Below, piece by piece: positions 13,150 through 27,249 of a stretch of DNA of 64,000 bases (position 1 is its first letter; every line of letters begins with the position of its first letter). The notes beneath the pieces were generated by a model. That model saw only the letters and a list, made by a program, of their open reading frames with translations. It was not told the origin of the DNA and did no database searches. The DNA is taken from assembly GCF_009914755.1 (NCBI RefSeq), contig NC_060940.1; one strand, written 5' to 3'. The position numbers and the translations under genes are program-made. Source of the DNA: the human T2T-CHM13v2.0 reference genome, Homo sapiens.

Positions 13150-15114
13150 AGTGATGTTGCAAGCGTTTATGTTTCTATTCCAATCTTTTTACTACGTTGG
13201 AAAATGCTTCCTTATACACAGCTACCAACATTCGCTCCCCAAATTTTTGAAGTTTTTTTTTTAATCATTTTGTTATTGGTCCGAAGGTTACTGACCAATG
13301 ATCCCACCTCCTCTTCTTAAGACCTGAGTAAATGTTTTCTTGTTTTTGTTTTTGTAAAGATTGCTAAAGTGTCACTTATTTACTTACTTGAGTTGCATTA
13401 TATTTCATCATATAGAGGTTTGAAATTAAAACAAATTGGCATTGAACTAGGAAGGTATAGACAACTTCGATATTTGGTTCCCCTCTCTATTAGCTAAATT
13501 GTTAGGGAAAAAACCTTTTAAAACTTCTTAGAATACTCCAATTTTAAAGGAAAAATAACTTTGACCAGACATATTTTTATTCCCAGTGAGTTGACTTTGA
13601 GGGATGAAGGCCTGTCTATATGAGCTGAGTGATAGGCTGTGGTTTGAGGGAGCTGGCTATAAAGTATGTTTGAGATTTTTAATTCGTGGGTTGGAATGCC
13701 AATTGTTTATTTGGAACAGCAAAGGCTGAGATGGTCAAACATCCAAACATGGTGGTATGTGCCCTTGAATGGCCCGTTTCAACAACGGGCTTTGCTTTGA
13801 GGATGTGTGTGGCTATGGTGTTGCATTGGAAAGAAGATAGAATTTGTGGGAGGAAACTTTGGAAAGCTGTCAGAAAATGAGACCCTCCTTCCTCCCTTTT
13901 CTCTTTAGAATGAACTTTAGTCCATTTTTCTCAATCCTGCCTGGGACTTTGTCCTCATTTTTGAGCCCCAATCCAACAGGGTCCCTTCTCTCCAGCAGTC
14001 TCTACAGTTCTGCTCCTTCACCCATATCCTATTCATGTCATGGCAGATTTTCTATGTGTTCTGCAACAGATTGTTTCATAGAATTGTTTTTTAGTATTTG
14101 TGAATTCATTTGGAATGCAGACATTGCAATCATGGGTAAGATTGACTATTAGGAGAAATACTCTCTCCTCCCCTCCCTTGGAGCAATTGAATAGCATGCC
14201 ACACATCAGATCAAACGAACAGGCTTTAGCTTCATTGGTAAACAGTTTACACTGCAGAGCTACTGCCATCTTGCCAAATCGCCTAAGAATTAGATATGGA
14301 TTCCAGCTCACCTTGCTAATTAATTCAGAATGAGAAGATATTCCAAAAAGCAACATTCTTTTATACCGGTGGAGAGTCACACAGACATTTAAAAATGCTT
14401 GAAAACTGGGGTGGGTGGAATATCTATCCTGCCTGTTATTTTTAGCTTAAGAAGATTTCTTTGCCAAAGTCTGTTTCCAAAATTTTATCACTTTCTGAGA
14501 AAAATAGTGTGCATAAAAGCATTTGGGTATTATGGCTGACTGATTCATCTTTGAAACACCAGCACCTAGCATAGTTCTGGGCATATTGTAAACATTTGGT
14601 TGTTATGGTATTGAATTAAATCCTAATGTGCTTCAATAGTGTGGTAGCCAATTCAGGAATTCACGGGGATAACTGAGATGAATTTCAGTACATTTCCAAG
14701 TAATGCTTATTCCATGTGCTTTTGTAACCAACTCTCTAGGAATGGAACTTACCTAAGGCCCCATTGTTAGTAGGCAGGGGACCTAGGGGACCAGATTTTG
14801 AATTTAGTACTGGTTGATTCCACAGTTTGCAATGTCTCCTTCTCGTCCTGCTGGAGAATCTGTTTTCAAGATCTCTTGTCAGTTTTGTTTGGTCTTAGGT
14901 ATACGTATGTTCTTGCTGTTTGAAACACTTATGCCTGTATTCAGAGCCCCTAGTCAGACATCCAGTGATTTCACCCTTCCTGGACTGTAATGAGAATGGG
15001 AAAAGAGGGTATGATCAATAGACTTTTATTAAAATGCTACCTTCATGAGGGTGTTTGCATTTTAAATGGGAACCTGGAAAAGTAGAGTTTTAAGTTACTA
15101 AAAAATGTACACTC

Positions 15115-15702
15115 AACAGCCTGAGGGATCTTTTAGAAATATACATAAAGTCATGTCATTTCCTGTCTTAAAATCTCCCAGTTGGCCTCTTACTGTACAC
15201 AGAAGCATGTACCAAGTTCTGTACCATGGCCTGCAAGGCCCCACATGATCTGGCCTCTGCCCACCTCCCTGGTCCTATATCATCCCACTTGCACCTTGAT
15301 TCTAAACTTTCTGGTTCCCTGAAAACACTGAGCTCATTCACAACTCAAACCCTCTACAACTCACTGATCTCTCTGCCTGGAATACTCCTCCCTCAGATAT
15401 TTTTCATGTCTGCTTTCTAATTTTTCAGGTCTCCTTAGATAAGCTTTCCTTTTTTGCCCAATCCAAAGGTGCCTGCCTCCACCCAATACCCAGTCACTGT
15501 TTCTCCTTATGGTCCTCTTCTAATTTCTTTATGGTACTTATTGCTGTCTCATTTGTTTGTGTGTTGTCTGTCTCTTCCATCAGGATGTAAATTCCCTGAT
15601 TGCAGGGACCTCATCTGCCTTGTTCACTGCCTGTATCCTCCATGCCCAGAATAGTGCCAGGCACTATTTTCCTTATTATATTTCTGAAAAATGAACGAAT
15701 GT
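15115..15702 (+). mobile_element. L2 3' part
   Basis: atggcctgcaaggccccacatgatctggcc...agaatagtgccaggcac...aatgaacgaatg. Confidence 0.8.
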
Positions 15703-16349
15703 CTTCAAAGGTGAAATTCAGGCTTTGTAGGAGTAGAATGGAGGAGAAAGGGGCTTTAGAGGTCAGAAAACATCTCTGGAGGCATCCAGTTCCCTCGCCC
15801 CATCTCTAGATGGGCTTGCCTCTGGTTCTGAACCTTATTGCTGACCTGGAGCTGTGATTGGAGTCTGGGAGCTGATCTATGTGGGTGGCTGTTGCCTGCA
15901 AAGTGCTTGGCAGGGAGCAGAGGGAGAGGTTCAGTGGGTGGGAGGTTGTACAATGCCAGTGGCTGCATTGTGCTTTAGAGCCCTTTATTATGTCAGGTAC
16001 ATGTGAAGCAAGGAACTACATTTTGGTGAGGATTTAGAGTTTGAGGATGCAGGAAGGGTAGTTCTGCTTCTGTTGAGAGGTTAAAGTTCCTTTCATGTGT
16101 CCTCTCCTCTCTGATTATGAAGCTTCCAGTGAACCATGTGCGTGGAGAGCACTGGGCAATAGCAGAAAAGTACCGGCTGTCCCCTATTTTCTCCAGAGGT
16201 AAAAGAAGCAGATATTTATGGAGGGAAGAAAGGAGAATTTTAGTAATTAATTGGATTGACTAATCACTCTGCAGCTATTTTAACGAAATAAGTTCTTGAG
16301 CTAACTGACACACTTAAAAGCTGGTTTAAAACGTTGTTTGCCTTTCTTC

Positions 16350-16680
16350 CTTTAAAATTTTTTTAAATTTCTGTGGATCATAGTAGGTGTATATATTTAT
16401 GGGGTACATGAGCTATTCTGATACAGGCATACAATGCATAATAATTATGTCAGGGTAAGTGGGGTATCTATCTTAAACATTTATCCTTTGTGTTATAGAC
16501 AATCCAATTATACTATTTTAGTTATTTTAAACTATGTAATTACTAATGACTATAGTCACATTGTTGTACTATCAAATAATAGGTCTTATTCATTCTTTCT
16601 ATTTTTTGTACCCATTAACCATTCCTCACTCCCATGACAACCCACCTCCCACCCCCACTACCTTTCCCAGCCCCTGGTCA
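16350..16680 (-). mobile_element. L1MA2-like 3' end, 5' truncated
   Basis: atagtaggtgtatatatttatggggtacatgag...ctttcccagcccctggtca. Confidence 0.8.
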
Positions 16681-16695
16681 TAGCAACGGGGCTGT

Positions 16696-16716
16696 CTTGC
16701 TGTCCGTGGTGCTGAA
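16696..16716 (-). promoter_or_regulatory. REST/NRSF binding site (RE1/NRSE)
   Basis: Minus strand TTCAGCACCACGGACAGCAAG. The first 18 nt are identical to the canonical TTCAGCACCACGGACAGCGCC. Confidence 0.85.
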
Positions 16717-16984
16717 ACAAATTTTCTTTCCACGAGTGCCTGAATGGAAATAACATTTCTGTGGTTTTCCACTTCTTTCACACTACAGGGAAATTTATGG
16801 GTTTCAAACTCTTTTCACACATATCTTATGCCTTTTTCCTGAGAGTTCTCTAGACTATGTAGGGAAGGCAGTTCCCTTTCCCCTCACATTATGGATTAAA
16901 AATCTTTGGCTTGAATCTAAAAATCTCTAGTCTTATCGGAATTTCTCTCATTTCCATGGATGTCTTGTAAAACAAATATTTTTA

Positions 16985-17175
16985 ATATATGCAAGCAAAG
17001 TTAATTGTGGGAATTTTTCAGAAATGCAGATAAACAAAAAATAAAATGAAAATATGGCCCCACACCCATAGAGAACTACTAACATTTTGGTAAACATCCC
17101 TTGATATAGATAGATAGATAGATTAATAGAAGATATATGATATAATCCTGCATATATTGTCTTTACAGTTGTTAT
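16985..17175 (-). mobile_element. L1ME-type 3' fragment (continues at about 27250), with a short (GATA)n run
   Basis: agaaatgcagataaac...actactaacattttgg. Confidence 0.5.
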
Positions 17176-19801
17176 ATCAGCCTTTTATTTTTTCTAAATA
17201 CAGTACAATTTTATAAACCATAGTCTTCATGTTGTACATTAACTCTCTAGACGTGTTCATCCTACATGTCTGCTACTTTGTATCCTTCAACTTACATTTT
17301 CCCATTTCCTCCCTGCTACCAGCTCTCGGAAACCACAGTTTTATCTCAATCTTTATATATTTGACTTTTAAAAAGATTCCTCACATAAGTGAGATCATGC
17401 AATATTTTTCTTCTGTGCCTGGTTTATTTTACTTAGCATGATATCTTCCAGGTCCATTCATGTTGTGGCAAATGGCAGGATCTCTTTTTATGAGGCTGAA
17501 TAATATTGTATTGTTTGTCTATATGCACTGTGTGTGTATATGTGTGAGTGTTTATTTTTACTTATATCTCACATTTTCTTTATCCATTCATTCATTGATG
17601 AACATTTAGGTTTTTTCATATCGTGGCTACTGTGAATAACACTTTAATGAACATGAGACTGCAGATATCTTAATGAGGTGGCGATTTCATCTCATTTGGG
17701 TATATGGCCAGAAGATAAATTGCTGAGCCATATGGTAGTTCTAATTTTAATTTCCTTAGGAACTTCCATACTTTTTTCCATAATGGCTGTGCAAATCTGC
17801 ATTTCTATCAACAGTGTACTAGGGTCCCCTTTTACTCCACTGTCACCAATATTTGTTGTTTCTTGCCTTTTTGAGAATAACCATCCCAATGGGTGTGAGG
17901 TAATATCTCATGGTGTTTTTAATTTGCATTTACCTGATGATTAGTGATGCTGAGCACCTTTTCATATACCTGTTGGTCATTTTTATGTCTTCTTTGGAGA
18001 AATGTCTGTTTAGGTCCTTTGCTTATTTTTTAATTTGGTTATTTCTTTTACTGCTATTGAGTTGTAAGAATTCTTACTAAATTTTGGATATTAACCCCTG
18101 ATCAGATATGTGGGTGGCAAATTTTTTTTCCAGTTCATAGGTTGCATTTTCATTTTGTTGATTGCTTCCTTCACGGTGGAGAATCTTTTTCGTTTGATAT
18201 AGTCTCATTTATTTATTTTTCCTTTTGTAGCCTGAGCTTTGGTGTGATACCCCAAAAATCATTTCCAAGAACAACATCAATGAGCTTTCCCCTTATGCTC
18301 TCTTTTAGGAGTTTTATAGATTCAGGTGTTGCATTTAGGTCTTTTATTCACTTTTTGTTAATTTTTGTTAGTGGTATATGATAAGGGTCCAATTTTGTTA
18401 TTTTGCATGTGGAAGTCAAGTTTTCCCAGCACCATTTATTGAAGAGACTATCCTTTCCCCATTGTGTCCTTTTGGTGCCCTTGTCAAAAATTAGTGGACC
18501 ATATATGTTCGGATTTATTTCTGGGTTCTCTATTCTGTTCCATTAGTCTATGTTTCTGTTTTTGTGCCGGTACCGTACTGTTTAAGTTGCTATAGCTTTG
18601 TAATATAATTTTAAGTCAGGAAGTGTGTTGTCTCCAAGTTTGTTTTTCTTTCTCAGAATTGCTTTGGCTATTCATGGTTTTCTGTTATTCTCTTTGAATT
18701 TTAGAATGTTTTTGTCTCTTTCTATAAAGAATGCCATTGGAATTTTAATAAGGTTTGCATTAAATCTGTATATTGCTTTGGGTAGTATGGACACTTTAAC
18801 AACATTAATTCTTTCAATCCATGAGCGTGGGATACCCTTCATTTTAATCAAGGTTTTAAAGTTTTCAGTGTACATATCTTTCACCTCCTTGATTAAATTT
18901 ATTCTTATCTTTTTTGATGCTATCATAAATGGGATTATTTTCTTGATTTCTTTTTAGCTAGGTTATTATTTGTGTATAGAAATGTTACTGATGTATGCAG
19001 TTTGATTTTTATATCCTGCAACTTTACTGAATTAACTTATTAGTTCTAACAGTTGTTTTGTAAAATATCTGGGGCTTTCTACATATAAGACCATGTCATC
19101 TGCAAATAGAGATAATTTCACTTCTTTTGTTCTGATTTGGGTGTCTTTTTTTTTTTTCTTTTCTGATTGCTCTTGCTAGTACTTCCAGTTCTATGTTGAA
19201 TAGAAATGGTGAGAGTGGGCATCTCTGCCTTGTACTGAATCTCAGTGAGAACGCTTTCAGTTGTTCCCTGTTGATTATGATGTTAGCTGTAGGTTTTTAA
19301 TAAAACACCTCTATTCCGTTGAAGGACTTTTCTTCTATACCTAAACTGTTAAGAGTTTTTATCAAGAAAGGATGCTGGACTTTGTCAATGCTTTTCCTGC
19401 ATCAGTTGAGATGATCAAAATTTTTATTTTTCATTCTGTTAATGTGATGTATTACATTGATTGATTTGAATATGTTAAACCAGCCTTGCATGCTAGAGAT
19501 TTATCCCACTTGGTTGTGATGTAAAATCTTATTGACATGTTGTTGAATTCAGTTTGCTAATATTTTACTGAGGATTTTGGCATCAATATTCATCAGAGAT
19601 ATTGGCCTGTAGTTATCTCAGAGATATTGACCTGTAGTTTTATTTTCTTGTAATACCTTTGTCCAGCTTAGGTATCAAGATGACACTTGCCTTGTAAAAT
19701 GTGTTTGGAAGTATTCTCCAGCTCTATTTCTTTTTTGCAAGACTTTAATTAGTATTGATAATAATTCTTCTTTAGATGTTTGGTAGATTCAGCTGTGAAG
19801 C

Positions 19802-22144
19802 TGTATTAGTTCATTCTCACACTGCTATAAAGAACTACCTAAAACTGTGTAATTTTTTTTTAAAAAAGGGAGGTTTAATCAGCTCATGGTTATGTGGGCT
19901 ATACAGGCTTCTGCTACTGGTGAGGCCTCAGGAAACATACAATCATGGTGGAAGGTGAAGGGGAAGCAAGCACATCTTCATATGGCAGCAGGAGAGAGAA
20001 GGGGAGGTGCGACACACTTTTAAACAAAGAGATTTCAAGAGAATTCTATCACAAGAGCAGCAAGGGGAAAGTCTCTCCCCATGATTCAGTCACCTCCCAC
20101 CAAGCCCCTCCTCTAACATTGAGGATTACAATTAGACATGAGATTTGGATGGGGACACAGAGGCAAACCATATCATTCTGCCCCTGGCTTTTCCCAAATC
20201 TCATGTCCTTCTCACATGTCAAAACACAATCATGCCTTCCAAACAGTTTCCCAAAGTCTTCACTTATTCCAACATTAACTCAAAAGTTGAAGGTCCAAAG
20301 TCTCATCTGAGACAAGGCAAGTTCCTTCCTCCTATAAGCCTGTAAAATAAAAAACAAGTTAGTTACTTCCAAGATACAATGGGGCTACAGACATTGGGTA
20401 AATGCTCCCATTCCAAAAGGGAGAAATTGGCCAAAACACAGGGGCTACAGGCTCCATGCAAGTCCAAAACCCAGCAGTCATTACATCTTAAAGCCATAAA
20501 ATATTCTTCTTTTGACTCCATGTCTTACATCCAGGCCACACTGACACAAGAGGTGGGCTCCCAAGGCCTTGGGAAGCTCTGCCTCCATGGCTCTACAGGG
20601 TATAGCCCCTATGGCTGATTTTACAGGTTGGTGATGAGTGCCTGTGGCTTTTCCAGGAAGATGGTACAAGCTGTCAGTGGATCTACCATTCTGGGGTCTG
20701 GAGGCCGGTGGCCCTCTTCTCACAGCTCCACTAGGCAGTGCTCCAATGGGATCTCTGAGTGGGGGCTCCAACCCCACATTTCCCCTCTGCACTGCCCTAG
20801 TAGAGGTTTTCCAGGAGGGCTCTGCCCCTACAGCAGACTTCTGCCTGGACATCCAAGCATTTCTGTACATCCTCTGAAATGTAGGTGGAGGCTCCCAAGC
20901 CTCAACTCCTGCCCTCTATGCACCCACAGGCTTAACACCACGTGGAAGTCACCAAGGCTTGCTGATTGCACCTTTTGGAGCAGTGGCCTGAGGTGTATCT
21001 GGGCCCTCTTAGCCATGGCTGCAGCTGGAGTGGCTGGGATTCAGGATGTCATGTCCTGAGGCTTCACAGAGCAGCAGGACCCTGGGCCTTACCCACAAAA
21101 CCATTTCTGCCTCCCAGGTCTTCAGGCCTGTGGTGGGAGGGGCTACAGCTAAGGTCTCTGAAGGCACTTTCCCCATTGTCTTGTCTATTAACTTTCAGCT
21201 CCTGTTATGCAAATTTCTGCAACCTTCTGGATTTCCTCCTTGGAAAATGAGTTTTTCTTTTCTACCACATGATCATGCTGCAAATTTTTCAAACTTTTAT
21301 GCTCTTCTTCCCTTTTAAATATAAATTCCAATTTCAGGTCATTTCTTTGTTTATGCAGATGCGTGTAGGCTTTTAGAAGCAGCCAGGTCACATCTTGAAT
21401 TATTTTCTGCTTAGAGATTTCTTCTGCCAGATACCCTAAATCATCACTTTCATGTTCAAAGTTCCAGATCTCTAGAGCAGGGGCCTAAAGCTGCTTGTCT
21501 TTTCACTGAGGCATAGCAAGAGTGACCTTTACCCCAGTTCCCAAAAAGCTTCTCATCTCCATCTGAGACCACAATGTGTCCATATCATTATCAGCATTTT
21601 GGACACAACTATTTAGCAAGTCTCTAGGAAGTTCCAAACTTTCCCTCATCTTCCTGTCTTCTTTTGAGCCCTCCAAACTGTTACAACCTCTGCCCATTAC
21701 CCAGTTCCAAAGTTGTTTCCACATTTTTAGGTATCTTTATAGCAATACCCCACTCTTGGTACCAGCTTTTTTGTGTGAGTTTATTCTCACACTGCTATAA
21801 AGAACTACCTGAAACTGGGTAATTTTTTTTTTTTAAAGAAGAGTTTTAATTGGCTCATGGTTCTGTGGGCTGTATAGGTTTCCACTTCTGGGAAAGCCTC
21901 AGGAAACATAAAGTCATGGCAGAAGGTGAAAGGAAAGCAAACACATCTTCACATGATGACAGGAGGGCAGGGGTGGTGCTACACACTTTTAAACAAGCAG
22001 ATCTGGGGAGAACTCTATCAGAAGAACACCAAGGGGGAAGTTCTCTCCCATGATTAAATCACCTCCCACCAGGTTTCTCCTCCAACATTGAGGATTACAA
22101 TTCAACATGAGATTTGGGTGGGGACACAGAGCCAAACAATATCA
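19802..22144 (-). mobile_element. Full-length MSTA-type MaLR: LTR 21772-22144, internal 20176-21771, LTR 19802-20175
   Basis: Two homologous LTRs of about 373 bp with TG/CA ends, a perfect 5-bp TSD GAAGC (19797-19801 and 22145-22149), and an internal MaLR ORF remnant (MYRNAWMSRQKSAVGAEPSW). Confidence 0.92.
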
Positions 22145-22397
22145 GAAGCCATCTGGTCCTGGGCTTTTCTTTATTGTTACTAGTCTGTTCTGGTTTTCTG
22201 TTTCTTCCTAACTCAATCTCAGTAAGTTATAATTTCCCAGGAATTTATCCATTTCTCAAGTTTATCCAATTTATTGGCATATAATTGTTCATAATAGTCA
22301 TTTATGATCCATTTTATTTATTAAGTGAGTGTTGTAATGTCTCCACTTTCATTTCTTGAGTCTTATCTCTCTCTCTTTTAGTTAGTCTAGCTTCTAG

Positions 22398-22698
<301 letters not shown>

Positions 22699-22942
22699 TT
22701 GAATTTTGTTTATTTTTTAAAAAAACCAACTTGTGGTTTCATTATTCTTTCCTATAGGTTTTCTGTTCTCTATTTGATTTATTCTCTTCTGATCTTTATT
22801 ATTTCCTTCCTTCTACTAGCTAGTTTATTTTGTCTTTTTTTTTTTATTTCCTTGAGATACAGTGTTAGGCTATTCATTTGGAATCTTTCTTTTTAGTGGA
22901 GGCATTTATTTTTCTAAACTTCCCACTTAGAATGCTTTTACT

Positions 22943-23247
22943 GGCCAGGCGCAGTGGCTCATGCCTGTAAACCCAACACTTTGGGAGCCTAAGGTAGGAG
23001 GCTCACTTAAGGTCAAGAGTGTGAGACTAGCCTGGACAACATTGCAAGATCCCCTCTCTAAAAAAATTGAAAAATTAGCTGGGTGTGGTGGCACATGCCT
23101 TTAGTCCTAGTTACTCAGGGGGCTGAGGCAGGAGGATCACTTGAACCCAGGAAGTTGTGGCTGCAGTGATCCATCAGTGAATCATGATCACATCACCGCA
23201 CTCCAGCCCAGGTTACAAAGTAAGACCCCCTCTAAAGAAAAAAAAAA
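22943..23247 (+). mobile_element. AluJ
   Basis: Full dimer with poly(A) and a degenerate TSD (aatgcttttact / attgattttgct). Confidence 0.92.
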
Positions 23248-26200
23248 TTGATTTTGCTGAGTCTTATAGGTTTTTGGTGTATTGTGTTTCTATTTTCATT
23301 TGTCTCAAGTTTTTTTTTCATTTTGATTTATTCTTTGACCCATTGGTTGTTCAGAAAGATATTGTTTAATTTTTACATATTTGCAAAATTTCCAAGATTT
23401 CTCCTGTTATTAATTTCTAGTTTCATACTATTGTGATCAGAAACAATAGTAGATATAATGTTAATCTTCGTGAACATGTTTAGACTTGTTATGTGTCCTA
23501 TATATGGTCTATCCTGGAAAACATTCCATGTGCACTACAGAATATGTATTTTTCTGGTATTAGGTGGAAAATGATATATATGTCTGTTAGGTCCATTTGG
23601 TCTAAAGTGCAGTTCAAGTCCAGTATTTTCTCATTAATTTTCTGTTTGTTGATCTATTCATTGTTGAAAGTGGGATATTAAATTTTCCTACTATTATTGC
23701 ATTCTATTTATTCCTTCATGTCATTAATTTTGCTTTATTTATTTGGGTACTTTCATATTGGATGCATACATATTTCTAATTTTTCTGTGCTCCTGAATAA
23801 TTGACTCCGCTATCATTAAATAATGACCTTCTTTATTTCTAGTAGTAGTTTTGACTTGCAATCCATTTTACTTGATATTAAGTATAACTACCTTTGCTCT
23901 CTTTTGGTTATTATTTGCATGGAATATCTGCATCCCTTCATTTTTAGCCTATGTTTGTCCTTGAAGCTAAAATAGGTCTCTTGTATGCAGCATATGATTG
24001 GATCTTTAAAAAAATCTGTGCAGCCACTTTATGTCTTAAGAGTTTAAACAATTTACATTTAAGGTTATTATTGATAGGTAAGGACTTATACCTGCTATTT
24101 TGTTGTCTTATGGTTGTTTTGTAGCTCCTTTGTTCCTTTCTTCCTCTCTTGTTGTCTACCTTTGTGATTTGGTGATTTTCTTATAGTGCTAAGTTTTAAT
24201 TCCTTTCTCTTTCTTGTTTGTGTATCTGCTGTAGTTTATGCTTTGTGGTGACCATGGGGCTTACATAAAACTTTTTACAGTTGTAATAGACTATTTAAGC
24301 TGAAAACAACTTAACTTCAGTCACATAAAAATACTCTAGACTTTTACGTCTGCCCCAAAATTTATATTTTTATTGTTACAGTTTACATCTTTTTATATCG
24401 TGTATTCCTTAGCAACTTATTGTAGCCGTATTTATTCTTTTGCCATTTTGATTTTTAACTTTTATACTACAGATTTGAAAGATTTACACACCACCATTGA
24501 AGTAATGAAGTATTCTGAATTTGACAATGAATTTACCTCTACCAATGAGTTTTATAGTTTTATATATTTTCATGATAGTATTGTCCTTTCATTTCTAGTT
24601 GAAGAATTCCTTCCCTTAAGAATTTCTTATAGGGCAGGTTTAGTGGTAATAAATTTTCTCTCTTTTTGCTTGTCTGGTAAAGACTTTAGTTCTCTTTCAT
24701 TTCTGAAGAACAGCTTTGCTGGGTAGAGTATTCTCGGCTGACAGTCTTTTTTATTTTCAGGATTTCACTACGCCATCCCATTCTCTCCTGGCCTACAAGG
24801 TTTCTGCTAAGAAAGCCATTGATAGTCTAACTGGGATTATCTTGTGTCACTTGACACTTTACTCTTCTTGCTTTTAAAATTCTCTTTGTCTTTGGCTTTT
24901 GACATTTTGATTATAATGTACCTCAGTGAGGACCTCTTTGGGTTGAATCTGTTCCCAACCTTTGAGTTTTATGCATATGAATGTCCATATCTCTCCCAAG
25001 ACTTTGTAGTTTTCAGTAACTATTTCATTAAATAAGCTTTCTGTGCCTTTCTCTATCTCTTCTCTCTTCCATAATATCACTATTTGTTTGCTTTATGCTG
25101 TTGCATAGATCCTGTAAGTTTTCTTCACTCTTTTTCATTCTTTTTTTTTTTTCCTCTGACTGGGTTATTTCAAAAGACGTGTCTTCAAGTTCAGAGATTG
25201 TTTCTTGTTCTTAACCTATCTGTTGTTGAAGCTGCCAATTGTATTTTTATTTCATTCATTGAATTCTTCTGCTCCAAGATTTATATTTGGTTCTTTTTAT
25301 GATGTCAATCTCTTTGTTGAATTTCTTGCTTAGGTCATGAATTGTTTTTCTGATTTTATTGAATTGCCTACTGTATTCTTTTGTATCTCAGTGTATTTCC
25401 TTAAGATCATTATGATGAGTTCCTTTTCAAGCAATTTGTAAATTTTCGTTTTTTGGAGGGTGGGTCAATTATTGGATAATTATTGTGTTCCTTTTGTGGT
25501 ATCATATGTCCTTGCTTTTTCATGTTTTCTATGTCCCTGCATTAATGTCTGCACATCTGGTGGAGCTGTTACATCTTCTAGACTTTACAGAGAAAACTCT
25601 CATGAGGAAATAATTTCACCTGCCAATGGGTCTAGGGTGACAGTTGGGAAGGATGTAGTGGATCTGTTTCTAAGCGAATGCAGTGGCTTAGCTTCTGTAC
25701 AGGTTCTTCATCTGAGATCAATTTTGGTGATGACTGTGGGTATCTCAGTGGCCTAGATTGCAGGAGTTTATGGCTGAAGGGATCCCCTATGGTGTCAGTT
25801 CAGTTATGGCTCATAGGCAGCCACAGTGGTTCTGGGGTCCAGGGTGCAGGTTCCCAGAGCAGCTATAGAGTGGAGGTTCTAGACTCAGGATCTCACCACT
25901 CTACTATGGTGTCTGGTACTTCAGGTGCAAGGTCACTGTCTCAGGCATGAGTAGATGCAGGCTGATCACAGAACTAGAGTCTGTGACTCTGAGGCACACT
26001 CCAGCCACTTGGACTTAAGGAGCTAGGTTGTAGCCGTGACTCTAACCCAGCTCTGGGGAAGAAGAGGTGCTCTACAGTTTCAGGCTCCAGGGAGCAAGGC
26101 ACAGCAGCAATTCAGGAATCAGAGTCAGTAGGGCACAGTGGAAACTCAGGCCTTGCGGGATGAGGCACCACATAGTGGTGGCTCTGGACCCTGGGATGGT

Positions 26201-27249
26201 GGGACGGGACACAGCAGTATCTCAGGCTCTGTAAGGCTAAGTGCAGTGGCAGTAAGAATCCAGGAATGCTGTGGCACAGCTGTAGCCTGGGTCCTGAGGG
26301 GCAGGGAACAGTACAGCAATGATTCCACCACCCAGGGAGGTGGGATGCCTCAACAGCTCAGACCCTGGGGGCTAGTCCAGTTCCAGGGAATCAGGGTACT
26401 ATCGTTGCTTGGCCTGGAGGGTGAGGTGTCCCAGCTCAGTTGGTGCTCTGTTTCCCTGGGACACAGAGTGCCACATTGGCCCAGCTCTGAGAGGTGCAGC
26501 TACTCACCTCAGCCAAGACACTGATAAACTCATGAAGCAGGGCACTATTTCAGCTCTGATGCCAAGGGGTGTGACTGCTGTGGGAGGCAAAGGCACTGTT
26601 TCCCTAGGGGGTGGGTGCTGTTTCAGCACAGGTGTCAAAAGGGCAGGGTGCAGCAGTGACTGGGATGGGAAGGGCACAGCTGTCTGGCTTGACTTGTATA
26701 TGGTGAGCCACCAGGCAGGGATGTTCAGTGGTGACAAACCCTCCGAAATGGAAGGGTGTAATAGCTACTTGCCCCTGGAGCAGAGCACACTCCAGCAATG
26801 GTTCTGGTTCCAGAATGGTGCAGAGCAGTAGCCACGTGGGCCAGGAGGGGAGGAGAACACCATTAGTTACTTCTCTGGGAGAAGCACAGCTATGTGGACT
26901 CCAGACAGCTCCTTTAGCTGGGCACCTGTGAGGACTACAGGAGTCATCAATGGTGAAGACTGTGACCAGGGTGGTGATGGGGGATGCTGGGTTCCTTTTG
27001 CTTACCTTTTCCCCTCAGGTTCCAACTGGTCCTGACTGGGGAATAGGATGGCAGAGGTAAGTGTTTGCTTCACTTTGCTATACTGCCTTCCTGGGTGTGC
27101 ATCTGCTACAAGACTTCTGCTATTCCTTTGCTGTACTTTGGTACTCTTCTTTAGTTATTTTCATCAAAATACAGTTGTTTATTCATTGCTTTGGATGTCT
27201 TGTAGGGGGGATGAGTGCAAAGGGCTATCTTGCTGACATCACTCTTCAT

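Noticed and set aside
20481-21059. Overlapping ORFs in the MaLR internal region
   Set aside because: Decayed MST-int ORF and its antisense shadows.
25678-26931. GC-richer ORF-dense stretch as exons or a CpG island
   Set aside because: It is the CpG-depleted 5'UTR of the ancient L1.
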